Positions 47,148 through 57,386 of a stretch of 64,000 nucleotides of DNA are shown here, piece by piece (position 1 is the first letter of the stretch; each line of letters begins with the position of its first letter). A program made the position numbers and the translations under genes. The stretch is taken from NCBI GenBank assembly GCA_003551705.1, contig PUNJ01000117.1, forward strand, positions 8,041 through 72,040, given 5' to 3'. Under the pieces are notes generated by a model. It did not search any database. It worked only from the letters and a program-made list of their open reading frames with translations, and was not told where the DNA came from. The stretch comes from Chloroflexota bacterium. Its GTDB lineage: Bacteria > Chloroflexota > Dehalococcoidia > UBA2247 > RBG-13-53-26.

Positions 47148-50100
47148 CTAGACATACAAAACACAGGTCTTGGCCAGTATCTGTTCATCGTCGTAGTGCT
47201 GCAGGCGTATAGCCTTGCGCGGGCAGGCGCTGGTACAGATGCCACACCCACGACATGCCGCCTGTTCGATATCCGCAAACCCGTCAGCGTTAATGGTCGG
47301 GACATTGAAGGGGCAGGAGCGAACACAGGTCAGACAGGCTACGCATCTATCCTGGTCCACCACCGAGACAATCCCCCCTACCATCAGATACGGTTGCGCC
47401 AGTATCGTCGCCGCCCTGGATACCGCACCCTTGGCCTGTGCAATGGACTCAGCTATGGTCTTCGGAGCGTGTGCCATGCCGCATAGATACATGCCTTCAT
47501 TAATGAAGTCCAGGGGCCTGAGTTTCATATGTGCTTCCATGTAGAAGCCGTCCTGCGTCAAGGGCAGTTTCAATTTGCTGGCAAAGACGTGAGCATCCGG
47601 TTGAGGCCGGACCGCCGCACTCAGGACCACCAGGTCCGAAGGCAAAGAGATGCTCCTGCCCAGGACCGAATCATAAACACTTACCATCACCCGGTCACCC
47701 GATGCATCCACCTCCGGCTTCATGTCGTCTTCGAAGCGTATGAAAGTAACACCCTTATCCCTGGCCTCACGATACTTCAGTTCTTTCATACCATACGTGC
47801 GAATGTCACGGTACAGGATGTACACTTCGGCCTTCGCGTTGTCTTCTTTTATCTTGAGTGCATTGCCGATCGCCTGGCCGCAACAAACGCGGCTGCAATA
47901 CATGTTGTCCTTTTCACGTGAGCCTACACACTGGATCATCACCACCGAATTGAGGTCCTTCAGGTCGATGGCCTTCCTTACCAGCTTGTCTTCCAGGTCC
48001 AGTTGGGTTATGACCTTGTCCGATCGGTCAGCCGAATACTCGGACGGTCTGAATTCCACGCCGCCCGTAGCCAGTATCACAACACCGTGTTCAATATCGT
48101 GCAGTTCGCCTCCGGCAGTGGCGATGCGGGACACGTAGTTGCCCACATACCCGGAGAAGTCCTGTACTGTCGATTCCTTATACACCTGTATGCGGGGTTC
48201 CCGCTCTACCTCTGCAACCAGCGATTTGAGCAACTCATGCGGATCAGAACCATCAAGCGTGTAATGCAGGTTCTTCAAATTGCCGCCCAGCTCTTTCTCC
48301 CTTTCCACCAGAACGGCATCGAAACCCTGCGCCGCCAGCCCGAGGGCAGCCGTCATCCCAGCCGCCCCGCCACCTATCACCAGACCAGAGCGATGAATGC
48401 TTGCCCGAGACTGGTGCAGAGGTTTTAACGTAGCCGCACGCGCCACCGCCATTCGCACCAGGTCCTTTGATTTCTCCGTAGCCCGGTCAGGGAAGTGCGA
48501 ATGGACCCAGGAACACTGGTCCCTGATGTTTGCCATCTCAAAGAGGAACTTGTTGAGACCCGCCTCCTGTATCGTGTCCTGGAAAAGAGGTTCATGGGTA
48601 CGGGGACTGCAAGAAGCCACCACCACCCGGTTAAGGTTCTTCTCCTTGATTGCCTCAACGATCTTGATCTGGGTATCCGTCGAACATGTATAGAGATTCT
48701 CGTCTGCATGTACTACGTAGGGGAGGGTTTTCGCATACTCAGCCACGCCCGGTACATCCACAACCCTGGCGATATTAGAGCCGCAACGACAAACAAAAAC
48801 GCCTATTCGCGGTTCCTGCCCGTCGATACTGAGCTCCGGCGGGTACGCCTTCTCTGTAACCATGCTACCCCGGACCTGGGCAATGCCCTGAGATGCCAGG
48901 TGCGCAGCACCGCTGGCATTCATAACCGATTCCGGAATGTCCATTGGAGCATTGAAGGCGCCGGCCACGTACACTCCGGGGCGTGAAGTCACGTTGGGTT
49001 CAAACTCCTCAGTCCTGCAGAACCCGAACTGGTCCACATCCACAGCCAGCCGCTCCGCCAGTTTCTTGGTGCTGGCTGAAGGGACCAGCCCGATGGAAAG
49101 GACCACCATGTCGAATTCTTCAGAGCGGCGCCCTTCGTCAGTATCATATTCCATAACCAGATTATGGCTCTGCTGCAACTCCTTGACTCCGGAAACCAGG
49201 CCCCTCACATAGCGTATGCCGAACTTGTCCTTGGCCGACTCGAAGTATCGCTCGAAGCCCTTACCATAGGCCCGCATGTCGTTATAGAAGATGGTGGGCT
49301 CTATATCGGCGGCATGTTCCCTGGCGATGATGGCTTCTTTCGTGGCGTACATGCAGCAGACCGAGGAGCAATAGTCGCGGTCGCAGGTCTCATCCCTGGA
49401 ACCGACGCACTGTATCCAGGCTATCTTCACGGCATGCTTTCCGTCCGACGGCCTCAGTACCTGGCCCTGGTAGGGGCCTGAAGCGGACAGAATTCGCTCG
49501 AACTGCATACTGTTAATGACATTGGGCATGCGTCCGTAGCCGTATTCGTCCTTCAAAGCAGCATCGAATTCTTCAAAGCCGGGGGCCAGAATAACCGAGC
49601 CGACGTTCAGGTCGACCGTCTGTTCCAGCATGGTATGGTCTATGGCGTTGGCCTGGCAGGCTGCCACGCACTGGTAGCATTCGCTGCAGAGTCCACAGGC
49701 CAGACAACGTTCCGCCTCAGCCTTGGCCGCCTCATGGCTTAGCTCAAGCTCTACCTCCCGGAAGTCCCGCCTCCTTTCGGCAACCGGCAGGTGAGGAGCA
49801 TTGTGACGAGGCATCTTTTTCACGCCTTCCAGCGGCACCTCGACCGGCGTGAAGGTGCGCTCTCTGTCCAAAGCGATGTCCTCGCCCTTGAGATATCTGT
49901 CTATCGAAATGGCCGCCTCTTTGCCGGCCGCTATTGCCTGGATAACTGACGCCGGGCCGGATACACAGTCACCTCCAGCGAATATACCAGGCTTGTTTGT
50001 GGCCACGGTGACTGGATCGACGTTTACCGTCCCTTGCGGAGTGGTGGTAATACCCGCCTCTCTCCAGGGTGTCAGATCGCTCTGCTGTCCTATGGCAATA

Positions 50101-51581
50101 ATGACCACATCCGCATCCAGCGAACTCGTTATATCCGATGCAAACTCGGGATTGAAACGCCCATCAGCGTCAAACACACGTGTACAGGCTACGCACTCCA
50201 GGCCCGTAACGTTTCCCTTGCCACCCAGAACGCGCTTGGGCCCCAGAGAGCAATGCAGCTCGACGCCTTCCTCAATAGCAGCCTCTATCTCCCACTCGTG
50301 AGAAGGCATCTCCTGCCTCGACTCCAGACATACCACGTGTACTTCTGAGGCACCCAATCTGAGAGATGATCTGGCAACGTCTATGGCGACGTTTCCGCCA
50401 CCAACCACAACCACCTTCTTCCGGCTGAATGAATCGGCCGCCATCTTACCGGAGGCCGCGTCCCTCAAGAAGTCCACTCCAAACAGGACTCCGTCCAGGT
50501 CGATCCCCTCCAGTCCTAGTCGTCGGGACTGGGGAGCTCCAACACCAACAAAGACTGCTTCGTATTGTTCAGACAACTGGTCGACGGTCACATCGGAACC
50601 AACGCGTGTATTGAGTTTTACCTCAACACCCATCTGCAGGATACGGTCAATCTCGTATTTCACAACATCCCGGGGCAGGCGGTACTCAGGAATGCCTACG
50701 GACATCATACCGCCAAGCACTGGATTTGCCTCAAAAATGGTGGGTTCATAGCCGGACAGTGCCAGGAAGTAAGCTGCGCTGAGACCGGCAGGGCCGGACC
50801 CGACGATGGCGACCTTCCTTCCGTTCTTGGGCAATCCGGCTGGCAGGGTATCCTCGCCTCCTGCCTTGACCTCGTCCGCAACGTATCTCTTCAACTGGCA
50901 TATGGAGACCGCCTCGTCCACCTTGGTCCTTGAGCAGTCCGTCTCACAGGGATGCACGCATACCCTGCCGCATATGCCCGGCAGCGGGTTCTGCTCTCTA
51001 ATGAGGTCCAATGCTTCCTTGAACTTGCCTTGATATATCAGCGCCACATATCCCTGCACGCTTATGTGGGCCGGACAGGCTATCTTACAGGGAGATGTCC
51101 CCCGCTTGTCGATGGACATGGCGCTGGGTATGGCCTGCGGATAACGTTTAAAGATGGCCTTCCGAGTGGCCAACTCTTCCTCGAACTCGCTTGAAATGAT
51201 GACCGGACACACCTCAACGCAGTCACCACACGAACTGCACTTGGTCAGGTCAATGAAACGCGGCCTCTTACGGACCTGCGCCATGAAATTGCCTTCCTCA
51301 CCATCGAGCGACAGCACCTCGGCATTAGTGACTATCTCGATATTGGGATGCCTGCCAACCTCGATCAGTTTCGGAGAGATCATGCACATGGAGCAGTCGT
51401 TGGTGGGGAAGGTCTTGTCTAGCTGTGCCATCCTGCCGCCGATGGAGGTTGTCTCCTCGACAAGGTAGACCTTGAAACCGGAGCTGGCCAGGTCCAGGGC
51501 GGACTGCATGCCGCATATTCCGCCGCCCACAACCATGACAGCGCCCACTTTGTTGGAGTTCGGACTCTTTTCTATCTTCAT
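47148..51581 (-). CDS. HdrL-type giant heterodisulfide reductase A-like flavoprotein: HdrA module interrupted by a GltD/NfnB-like NAD(P)H:FAD oxidoreductase module, followed by a second HdrA module and ferredoxin domains (1477 aa)
   Basis: N-terminus VMVVGGGICGMQSALDLASSGFKVYLVEE (HdrA FAD fold). Residues ~170-560: CKIACPAHISVQGY...GICGRVCVHPCETDC then KVAIVGSGPAGLSAAYFLALSGYEPTIFE...VVVVGGGNVAIDVARS (GltD/NfnB-like). Thioredoxin-like CRCGSNIARVVD. Second FAD fold LVIGGGAAGMTAALGLAAQGFDAVLVERE. Terminal CVACLTCVRSCP / CRGCGICTSACP. No in-frame stop. Confidence 0.8.
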   Translation of the reverse strand: MKIEKSPNSNKVGAVMVVGGGICGMQSALDLASSGFKVYLVEETTSIGGRMAQLDKTFPTNDCSMCMISPKLIEVGRHPNIEIVTNAEVLSLDGEEGNFMAQVRKRPRFIDLTKCSSCGDCVEVCPVIISSEFEEELATRKAIFKRYPQAIPSAMSIDKRGTSPCKIACPAHISVQGYVALIYQGKFKEALDLIREQNPLPGICGRVCVHPCETDCSRTKVDEAVSICQLKRYVADEVKAGGEDTLPAGLPKNGRKVAIVGSGPAGLSAAYFLALSGYEPTIFEANPVLGGMMSVGIPEYRLPRDVVKYEIDRILQMGVEVKLNTRVGSDVTVDQLSEQYEAVFVGVGAPQSRRLGLEGIDLDGVLFGVDFLRDAASGKMAADSFSRKKVVVVGGGNVAIDVARSSLRLGASEVHVVCLESRQEMPSHEWEIEAAIEEGVELHCSLGPKRVLGGKGNVTGLECVACTRVFDADGRFNPEFASDITSSLDADVVIIAIGQQSDLTPWREAGITTTPQGTVNVDPVTVATNKPGIFAGGDCVSGPASVIQAIAAGKEAAISIDRYLKGEDIALDRERTFTPVEVPLEGVKKMPRHNAPHLPVAERRRDFREVELELSHEAAKAEAERCLACGLCSECYQCVAACQANAIDHTMLEQTVDLNVGSVILAPGFEEFDAALKDEYGYGRMPNVINSMQFERILSASGPYQGQVLRPSDGKHAVKIAWIQCVGSRDETCDRDYCSSVCCMYATKEAIIAREHAADIEPTIFYNDMRAYGKGFERYFESAKDKFGIRYVRGLVSGVKELQQSHNLVMEYDTDEGRRSEEFDMVVLSIGLVPSASTKKLAERLAVDVDQFGFCRTEEFEPNVTSRPGVYVAGAFNAPMDIPESVMNASGAAHLASQGIAQVRGSMVTEKAYPPELSIDGQEPRIGVFVCRCGSNIARVVDVPGVAEYAKTLPYVVHADENLYTCSTDTQIKIVEAIKEKNLNRVVVASCSPRTHEPLFQDTIQEAGLNKFLFEMANIRDQCSWVHSHFPDRATEKSKDLVRMAVARAATLKPLHQSRASIHRSGLVIGGGAAGMTAALGLAAQGFDAVLVEREKELGGNLKNLHYTLDGSDPHELLKSLVAEVEREPRIQVYKESTVQDFSGYVGNYVSRIATAGGELHDIEHGVVILATGGVEFRPSEYSADRSDKVITQLDLEDKLVRKAIDLKDLNSVVMIQCVGSREKDNMYCSRVCCGQAIGNALKIKEDNAKAEVYILYRDIRTYGMKELKYREARDKGVTFIRFEDDMKPEVDASGDRVMVSVYDSVLGRSISLPSDLVVLSAAVRPQPDAHVFASKLKLPLTQDGFYMEAHMKLRPLDFINEGMYLCGMAHAPKTIAESIAQAKGAVSRAATILAQPYLMVGGIVSVVDQDRCVACLTCVRSCPFNVPTINADGFADIEQAACRGCGICTSACPRKAIRLQHYDDEQILAKTCVLYV

Positions 51582-51596
51582 CGTCTCTACCCTGCC

Positions 51597-52448
51597 TTAA
51601 ATCAGTCCTTTTTGGCTCAACAGCGGCCTCGGGTCCACAATATGGCGGCGAAGCCATTTCTTGGCGGACGGGTGCTTGTAGGCTATTCCCATCAATTCGG
51701 TGAAGTAGAAGATCGGTATCCGGTATTCTTTTCCTGTCGCCTTTGAGATCTCTCCCTGCCTGCCATCCAGATTGGAAAGACACATGGGGCAGCCGGCAAC
51801 GATGCATTCCGCGCCTGCTTCCACAGCCGCATCCAGCAGCTTCACCATCAAGTCCCTGGCTATGTCGGGACGAGTCAATATCAGGCTGCCACCGCAACAA
51901 TCAGCCTTGTAAGACCATGGTCGTACATCGACTCCGAGGCAGGTCAGAAGGCTGTCCATGGACATGGGGTTCTCCGCGCTGGCGGCATCTGTGACCTTGG
52001 GCGGACGGGTAGTCAAACAGCCGTAATAGCATACCGCCTGCAGGTTTTCGAGAGGGACCTTGACCTTCGCCGATAACCGGTCCTCACCCAGGTCTTCCCA
52101 GAAGAAGTTGGCGACATGCTTGACCTTGAACTTTCCACCATAGCCATTGACACCATCAATCTTCTCCCCGGCAACCAGCTTCTTTTCGGCGACCTTAAGC
52201 CTCTGGAAGCACGCCGCACAGGGCACCACCAGGTCCAAGCCGGACTTGTCGGCAACAGCCAGGTTCCTGGCAGCAAGTGACAAGGCCAGTCTGTGATTCA
52301 ATGCATGTGCAGAAGACGCCCCGCAGCAATTCCAGTCCTTGAGCTCGCGCAGGTTGATATCCATAAGATGAGCAACACCTTCCAAGGACTCACTGTACTC
52401 CTTGGCCGTCCCTTCCAGTGAACATCCAGGATAATACGAAACTTCCAT
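51597..52448 (-). CDS. hdrB: heterodisulfide reductase subunit B (two CCG domains)
   Basis: 283 aa; MEVSYYPGCSLEG, NCCGASS and DCCGGSL. Confidence 0.85.
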   Translation of the reverse strand: MEVSYYPGCSLEGTAKEYSESLEGVAHLMDINLRELKDWNCCGASSAHALNHRLALSLAARNLAVADKSGLDLVVPCAACFQRLKVAEKKLVAGEKIDGVNGYGGKFKVKHVANFFWEDLGEDRLSAKVKVPLENLQAVCYYGCLTTRPPKVTDAASAENPMSMDSLLTCLGVDVRPWSYKADCCGGSLILTRPDIARDLMVKLLDAAVEAGAECIVAGCPMCLSNLDGRQGEISKATGKEYRIPIFYFTELMGIAYKHPSAKKWLRRHIVDPRPLLSQKGLI

Positions 52449-52450
52449 GA

Positions 52451-53023
52451 CTATCCTTTCAACTCGCTTGCTTTATAGAGTTGTTTGATATCGCTCTTAG
52501 CTTTCACACCGCTCGGTATGATCTTCACCTTCCCCTTTTTAAACATCGTAAGGCCAAAGTTGACCAGCTTGAACAAGCCGGCCCAGGACTCATTCTTGAA
52601 AGTGTAGGCCAAGATCATTTCACCCTCGTATACCCTGCCACGTTTCTTGATGGAGCCCAGAAAGGCTTTATGAAGGAGGGGGACACTCCGCTGGGCAGCC
52701 TCAATGTTCTCCTCGTACCCGATCTGCCTCAGGGTATCCATGACATGGGCGATCTGAATACCGTTGGGACATCTGGTACTGCAGGTCTCACAGGATGCAC
52801 ATATCCATATCGTACGACTCTTGAGCACTTCATCCTTAAGGCCGAACTGGATTTCGCGCATTAGCTTGTGAGGCGTGATATCCATGTAGGAAGCCAGCGG
52901 GCAACCGTTGGTGCATTTCATGCATTGGAAACACGCAGAGATGCTTTCACCGCTGAGGCTTTCCACTTTCTGGCGAAATGAGGATTGAGGCTCGAGGTTT
53001 GGCAATACTTCAACAGCAGTCAT
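52451..53023 (-). CDS. hdrC: heterodisulfide reductase subunit C (4Fe-4S dicluster)
   Basis: ORF 52451..53068; preferred start ATG 53021..53023 (MTAVEVL) with GAAGGTGGGAG SD; CFQCMKCTNGCP and CASCETCSTRCP. Confidence 0.8.
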   Translation of the reverse strand: MTAVEVLPNLEPQSSFRQKVESLSGESISACFQCMKCTNGCPLASYMDITPHKLMREIQFGLKDEVLKSRTIWICASCETCSTRCPNGIQIAHVMDTLRQIGYEENIEAAQRSVPLLHKAFLGSIKKRGRVYEGEMILAYTFKNESWAGLFKLVNFGLTMFKKGKVKIIPSGVKAKSDIKQLYKASELKG

Positions 53024-53279
53024 ACTCCCACCTTCGCAGATTATTGGGATGAAAAAGTAAAAAAGCAACGCCTTCGATTACATGATTACGAAATGCGATT
53101 GCTTTGGTATGAACGTTCTATCCATTCTGGCCAATCTGACGATTCTTCGTATTACCCCCGATTACCAGCTTGTAAACACAATGCAACTTGGGAAATTTTA
53201 CCATGTTGGCCCTCTGTTTGTCCAAGCAGCGCCTTGTATACCAATATCGGGTATGTTATGATTTTGCCGAGGTTGAACA

Positions 53280-54326
53280 ATGGTTGAAAAGGAAAAAGCG
53301 CTCGATCTGGCGATTCAACAGATAGAGAAACAGTTCGGCAAGGGCTCGGTGATGAAGCTTGGGGAACAGGCTGGCAGCGTGGCCGCGGAAGCCATCCCGA
53401 CTGGATCTCTGGCACTCGATCTGGCCTTGGGGATCGGCGGTATACCCAGAGGCAGAATTATCGAAATCTTCGGCCCCGAATCAGCAGGGAAATCAACTCT
53501 CGCCCTGCACATCATGGCCCAGGCCCAGGCAATGGGGGGCAACGCCATCTACATCGACGTCGAGCACACCTTCGATCCCATGTATGCAGAGCGTTGTGGT
53601 GTACGCCTCATGGGCATGCCGGTTTCGCAACCTGATACAGCCGAGCAAGCCCTGGAAATCATGGAGACCTTCGTCCGCAGCGGAGGAGCGGATGTTATCA
53701 TCCTCGACACTGTAGCGGCCCTGGTACCTCGCGCCGAGATCGAGGGGGACATGGGCGATCCGCAAATGGGATTGCAAGCCAGGCTCATGTCTCAGGCCCT
53801 GCGCAAACTGACGCATGCCATAAGCAGGTCCAATGCCGCCGCAATATTCATCAACCAGCTGCGTGAAAAGGTAGGTGTTTTCTTTGGTAATCCCGAGGTG
53901 ACCCCGGGAGGCAGAGCACTGAAATTCTATAGTTCTGTTAGAATAGATTTGAGGCGGGTCGATTCCATCAAATCAGGCAGCGAGATAATCGGTAACAGAG
54001 TCCGAGCAAAAATCGTCAAGAACAAGGTTGCGCCCCCATTCCGGCTGGCGGAATTCGATATCACCTTTGATCATGGCATAAGCAAGGAAGGCGACCTTCT
54101 TGATCTGGGAGTGACGGCGGGGTTGGTCAAAAAGAACGGTGCTTTCTTCTCATACGGAGAGGAACGGCTGGGACAGGGCCGAGAGAATGCCAAAGCTTTC
54201 CTGCGGGACAACAATGCCATAGCCGCCGAACTCGAGCAGCAGATCAGGAACAAGATGTCGACCAGGGTCGCATACAACAATACGGATGTGGAACCAGATG
54301 ACAAGGCTGCTGCCCCTGCAGAATGA
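53280..54326 (+). CDS. recA: recombinase RecA
   Basis: 348 aa; [12 protein letters not shown] Walker A, bacterial RecA throughout; SD GAGGT. Confidence 0.95.
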   Translation: MVEKEKALDLAIQQIEKQFGKGSVMKLGEQAGSVAAEAIPTGSLALDLALGIGGIPRGRIIEIFGPESAGKSTLALHIMAQAQAMGGNAIYIDVEHTFDPMYAERCGVRLMGMPVSQPDTAEQALEIMETFVRSGGADVIILDTVAALVPRAEIEGDMGDPQMGLQARLMSQALRKLTHAISRSNAAAIFINQLREKVGVFFGNPEVTPGGRALKFYSSVRIDLRRVDSIKSGSEIIGNRVRAKIVKNKVAPPFRLAEFDITFDHGISKEGDLLDLGVTAGLVKKNGAFFSYGEERLGQGRENAKAFLRDNNAIAAELEQQIRNKMSTRVAYNNTDVEPDDKAAAPAE

Positions 54327-54807
54327 GAGTGCCCTACCCGATCATGGGCGTTGTCTAGACAGTGCTTTCAGGTTCCTGTCATTTCGTCCCCGCAGCGAGT
54401 CTGAAATAAAGTCTTTCTTGGCTAAGAAGGGATACGAAACCAATACCATAGAGAAGGTCCTGATTAGGCTGAGGGCCGACAATTTGGTTGATGACGAGGC
54501 CTTTGCCCAGTTCTGGAAGTCCAATCGCCAAACTTTCAGCCCGCGGGGCCATTCATCGCTAAGAAGAGAACTCCGTAATAAGGGAATTGAGCCTGACATG
54601 ATAGATAGAATACTTGAAGACCTGGACGAGCATGCAGCAGCATGCAAAGCTGCCGAGAAGAAAGCTAAGCACCTTGCCGGACATGATTACCAGACCTTCC
54701 GTCGCAAGCTGGCAGGGTTCCTCGGCCGGCGAGGCTTTGCTTACGACATATGCAATTCGGTGGTAAATAGCTTCTGGGAGAAGAGAGGTAAGGATGACGA
54801 AGAGTGA
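54286..54807 (+). CDS. recX: RecA regulator RecX
   Basis: 173 aa three-helix-repeat protein directly after recA (start could be 54298). Confidence 0.75.
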   Translation: MWNQMTRLLPLQNESALPDHGRCLDSAFRFLSFRPRSESEIKSFLAKKGYETNTIEKVLIRLRADNLVDDEAFAQFWKSNRQTFSPRGHSSLRRELRNKGIEPDMIDRILEDLDEHAAACKAAEKKAKHLAGHDYQTFRRKLAGFLGRRGFAYDICNSVVNSFWEKRGKDDEE

Positions 54808-55075
54808 AGCTACCAAGAGCAAACATAGTTCAGCCTCCAGACGGACTAAGCGATATCGCAGAAGGCACGCACCCCATCAGGCACCTGTGCTATCCGAAGC
54901 CCAGAGAGTGCTTCCAAAGGCCGCCTCTGAGTCAGGCCAAACCGCGATATCGGCACAGACAGGTGGTCGACACGAGCTTGCCAGGAACCTGAATGTCATG
55001 CCAGACATCAAACGGGCCGGAGTAATCTCAGGTGGACTGCTCATTCTCATGATCGTCTTGTCCGTCTTTCTGTAA
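54794..55075 (+). CDS. hypothetical small basic tail-anchored membrane protein
   Basis: 93 aa; Lys/Arg-rich N-terminus, single C-terminal TM helix (GGLLILMIVLSVFL); overlaps recX end by 14 nt. Confidence 0.3.
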   Translation: MTKSEATKSKHSSASRRTKRYRRRHAPHQAPVLSEAQRVLPKAASESGQTAISAQTGGRHELARNLNVMPDIKRAGVISGGLLILMIVLSVFL

Positions 55076-55453
55076 CCATTCCCCGGACTTCCAGGATATA
55101 GCATAGGGGATTTCTAATCCCCCATGCCCTTGTAAGCCGCAGATTCCCTGTTGGACCCGGGCTAAAGGAATGGGGGAACAGAGGATATCGAGTCTCGTGC
55201 TTCTTCTGAAGCGCACGGCCTCCATATTGAACGTGCAACCGGTATGAACCGACCCCATACTCCTCACCTGCCGCCCAGAAACCCTGGGTCGGGCTGATGA
55301 TCGCCGTTTCCATTTGTCTTGACTGCCTGTAATGGTGTAAAATCCCGTAGGGCGAGCGGGTTCTTCAGGCTTGGCAGCTGGATCCCCATGGACACCTGCG
55401 GCCCATTTCAACGCATTAGACCGTAAAGCTTGGTCAGAGGAGGGTAATACTGC

Positions 55454-56320
55454 ATGAGCCTCAAGGAGAAGCTTTCTACAGGCAAGTTCATAATCACCAC
55501 CGAGGTCGGTCCACCCAAAGGCATGGATATCCACGAAATGAAGGAGAATATCGAACTGCTAAAGGACCGCGTTGATGCTCTCAACTGCACGGACCAGCAG
55601 GCATCGGTCATGCGTTTGGGTTCTCTGGCCAGTTGCTATCTGGCCAAGCAATGGGGTATTGAACCGGTCTTTCAAGTGACTTGCCGGGATCGAAACCGCA
55701 TCGCCCTGCAGTCCGATTTGCTCAATGCAGCGGCTTTCGGCATTGAGAACGTATTGGCACTAACAGGCGATCACGTTTCCCTTGGCGATCATCCTGGAGC
55801 CAAGCCTGTCTTCGACCTCGACTCCGTGTCGCTCTTGCAAGCTATGAAGAGCCTTGAGGAAGGCCATGACCTGGCCGGTAAAGAGATTAAGGGTACTCCC
55901 AAGTTCTTCAAGGGAGCCGTCGTCACGCCCGGTGCGGAACCAGTGGAACCCCAAATCATGAAGATGCACAAGAAGATCAAAGCCGGGGCGCAGTTCTTCC
56001 AGACTCAGGCTATGTACGATTCACGCAAATTTGAAGAGTTCATGAAGATCGTCAAACCCACGGGGATGCCCGTATTGGTGGGTATCGTGGTACTCCGTTC
56101 CGCCGCCATGGCCCGCTTCATGAACAAGAACGTAGCGGGAATTCACGTGCCGGACAACCTTATTGAAGAAATGGACAAGGCAGAAAAGAAGGCCGCCAAG
56201 GGCATTGAAATTGCAGCTCGCCTGATCACGGAGATGAAGGATTCGTGCCAAGGCGTACATATCATGGCCATAGGAATGGAGGACAGGGTTCCGGCAATAC
56301 TTGATGCCGCCAAACTCTAG
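55454..56320 (+). CDS. metF: methylenetetrahydrofolate reductase, short acetogen/archaeal type
   Basis: 288 aa; FIITTEVGPPKG, TIM-barrel MTHFR pattern; strong SD GAGGAGGG; promoter TTGTCT-N18-TAAAAT about 105 nt upstream. Confidence 0.75.
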   Translation: MSLKEKLSTGKFIITTEVGPPKGMDIHEMKENIELLKDRVDALNCTDQQASVMRLGSLASCYLAKQWGIEPVFQVTCRDRNRIALQSDLLNAAAFGIENVLALTGDHVSLGDHPGAKPVFDLDSVSLLQAMKSLEEGHDLAGKEIKGTPKFFKGAVVTPGAEPVEPQIMKMHKKIKAGAQFFQTQAMYDSRKFEEFMKIVKPTGMPVLVGIVVLRSAAMARFMNKNVAGIHVPDNLIEEMDKAEKKAAKGIEIAARLITEMKDSCQGVHIMAIGMEDRVPAILDAAKL

Positions 56321-56344
56321 CTCACGATAAACTGCCATAACTGA

Positions 56345-56376
56345 GCCGGTTACGCCAGTAACCGGCTTTCTATATT
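56345..56376 (+). terminator. rho-independent terminator of metF
   Basis: GCCGGTTAC-GCCA-GTAACCGGC (perfect 9-bp stem) followed by TTTCTATATT. Confidence 0.75.
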
Positions 56377-56475
56377 GGCGTCTGCCAGATTCATGCGACC
56401 GTAATCATGCGGTTTCTAGTTGAATATTTGTATCTTGCGTGTTATTATTCGAGCAAATATAGGGAGGAAGAGTGA

Positions 56476-57384
56476 ATGGCAACTGTGCGGACGTGGTTTC
56501 TGGAAACAAGACCGGCATTCCTGTTGCTGGTCCCAGTATGTATCCTCGTTGGAATAGCTACCGCAGTATACGAGTCAACGCCTGTTTCCTTTCACGTTTC
56601 CCACTTCTTGCTTGCTTTCCTGGGAGCGCTCCTGGCCCACATAGCCGTGAACGTATTAAATGACTATTTCGACTACCGTAGCGGCATTGACCTGAAGACG
56701 CAACGGACTCCCTTCAGCGGCGGCAGCGGCATCCTCCCTGCGGGACTTCTGCAACCCAACAAGGTCTTCCTGTTTGGGGTCTTCTGTCTCCTCGGGGTGG
56801 TCATGATAGGTGTCTACTTCATCTATCAGTTGGGATGGGCCATACTTCCCCTTGGGCTGGTAGGGGTATTGGTAGTGTATTTCTATACAACCCACCTCAC
56901 CAAGGACCCTGTACTATGTGCCATAGCGCCAGGCCTTGGATTCGGACCTTTGGTGGTACTGGGAGCACATTTCACCCAGGCTGGAGAGTATACACTGTCC
57001 GTGGCAATGGCATCCATGGTTCCCGGTTTTCTGGTCAGTAACCTGTTGCTCTTGAACCAGTTCCCAGATATCGAGGCCGATAAGGCAGGAGCCCGGCGTC
57101 ACATCCCCATACTCTTTGGGGTCCAAGCCAGCGCCAAAATCTACACTGCGTTCATAGTGGCCACCTATGCCTGGATTATACTCACTGTGTCTCTACAGAT
57201 ACTGCCTTGGACGGCCTTGCTTGGCATGGCCACCCTGCCGTTGGGCATCAAAGCAGTCAAGGGCGTCCTCCAGAACGCTGGCGAGCCCGGCAAGCTCATT
57301 CCATTCATGGGCGTCAACACTATGCTCACCTTGCTGACCCCGCTCCTTCTGGGTATAGGGATTTTGATCGGCCTGGTACTGTAG
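56476..57384 (+). CDS. menA: UbiA-family prenyltransferase, MenA-like (1,4-dihydroxy-2-naphthoate polyprenyltransferase)
   Basis: 302 aa; 8-9 TM helices; NDYFDYRSGID motif. Confidence 0.75.
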   Translation: MATVRTWFLETRPAFLLLVPVCILVGIATAVYESTPVSFHVSHFLLAFLGALLAHIAVNVLNDYFDYRSGIDLKTQRTPFSGGSGILPAGLLQPNKVFLFGVFCLLGVVMIGVYFIYQLGWAILPLGLVGVLVVYFYTTHLTKDPVLCAIAPGLGFGPLVVLGAHFTQAGEYTLSVAMASMVPGFLVSNLLLLNQFPDIEADKAGARRHIPILFGVQASAKIYTAFIVATYAWIILTVSLQILPWTALLGMATLPLGIKAVKGVLQNAGEPGKLIPFMGVNTMLTLLTPLLLGIGILIGLVL

Positions 57385-57386
57385 CA

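Noticed and set aside
53069-53279. Possible LexA/Cheo box upstream of recA (GAACGTTC at about 53113..53120; direct repeat GATTAC-ATGATTAC)
   Set aside because: The palindrome lacks the N4 spacer of the Gram-positive/Dehalococcoides-type CGAAC-N4-GTTCG box, does not match other LexA consensus motifs I know, and is about 165 nt from the recA start. Not enough to call an SOS box, though the recA/hdrC divergent region surely holds both promoters.
55028-55534. Minus-strand ORF 55028..55534 (168 aa) in the recX-metF spacer
   Set aside because: It overlaps the metF start and SD, has a low-complexity Arg/Ala/Gly-rich translation, and has no start context; treated as non-coding spacer.
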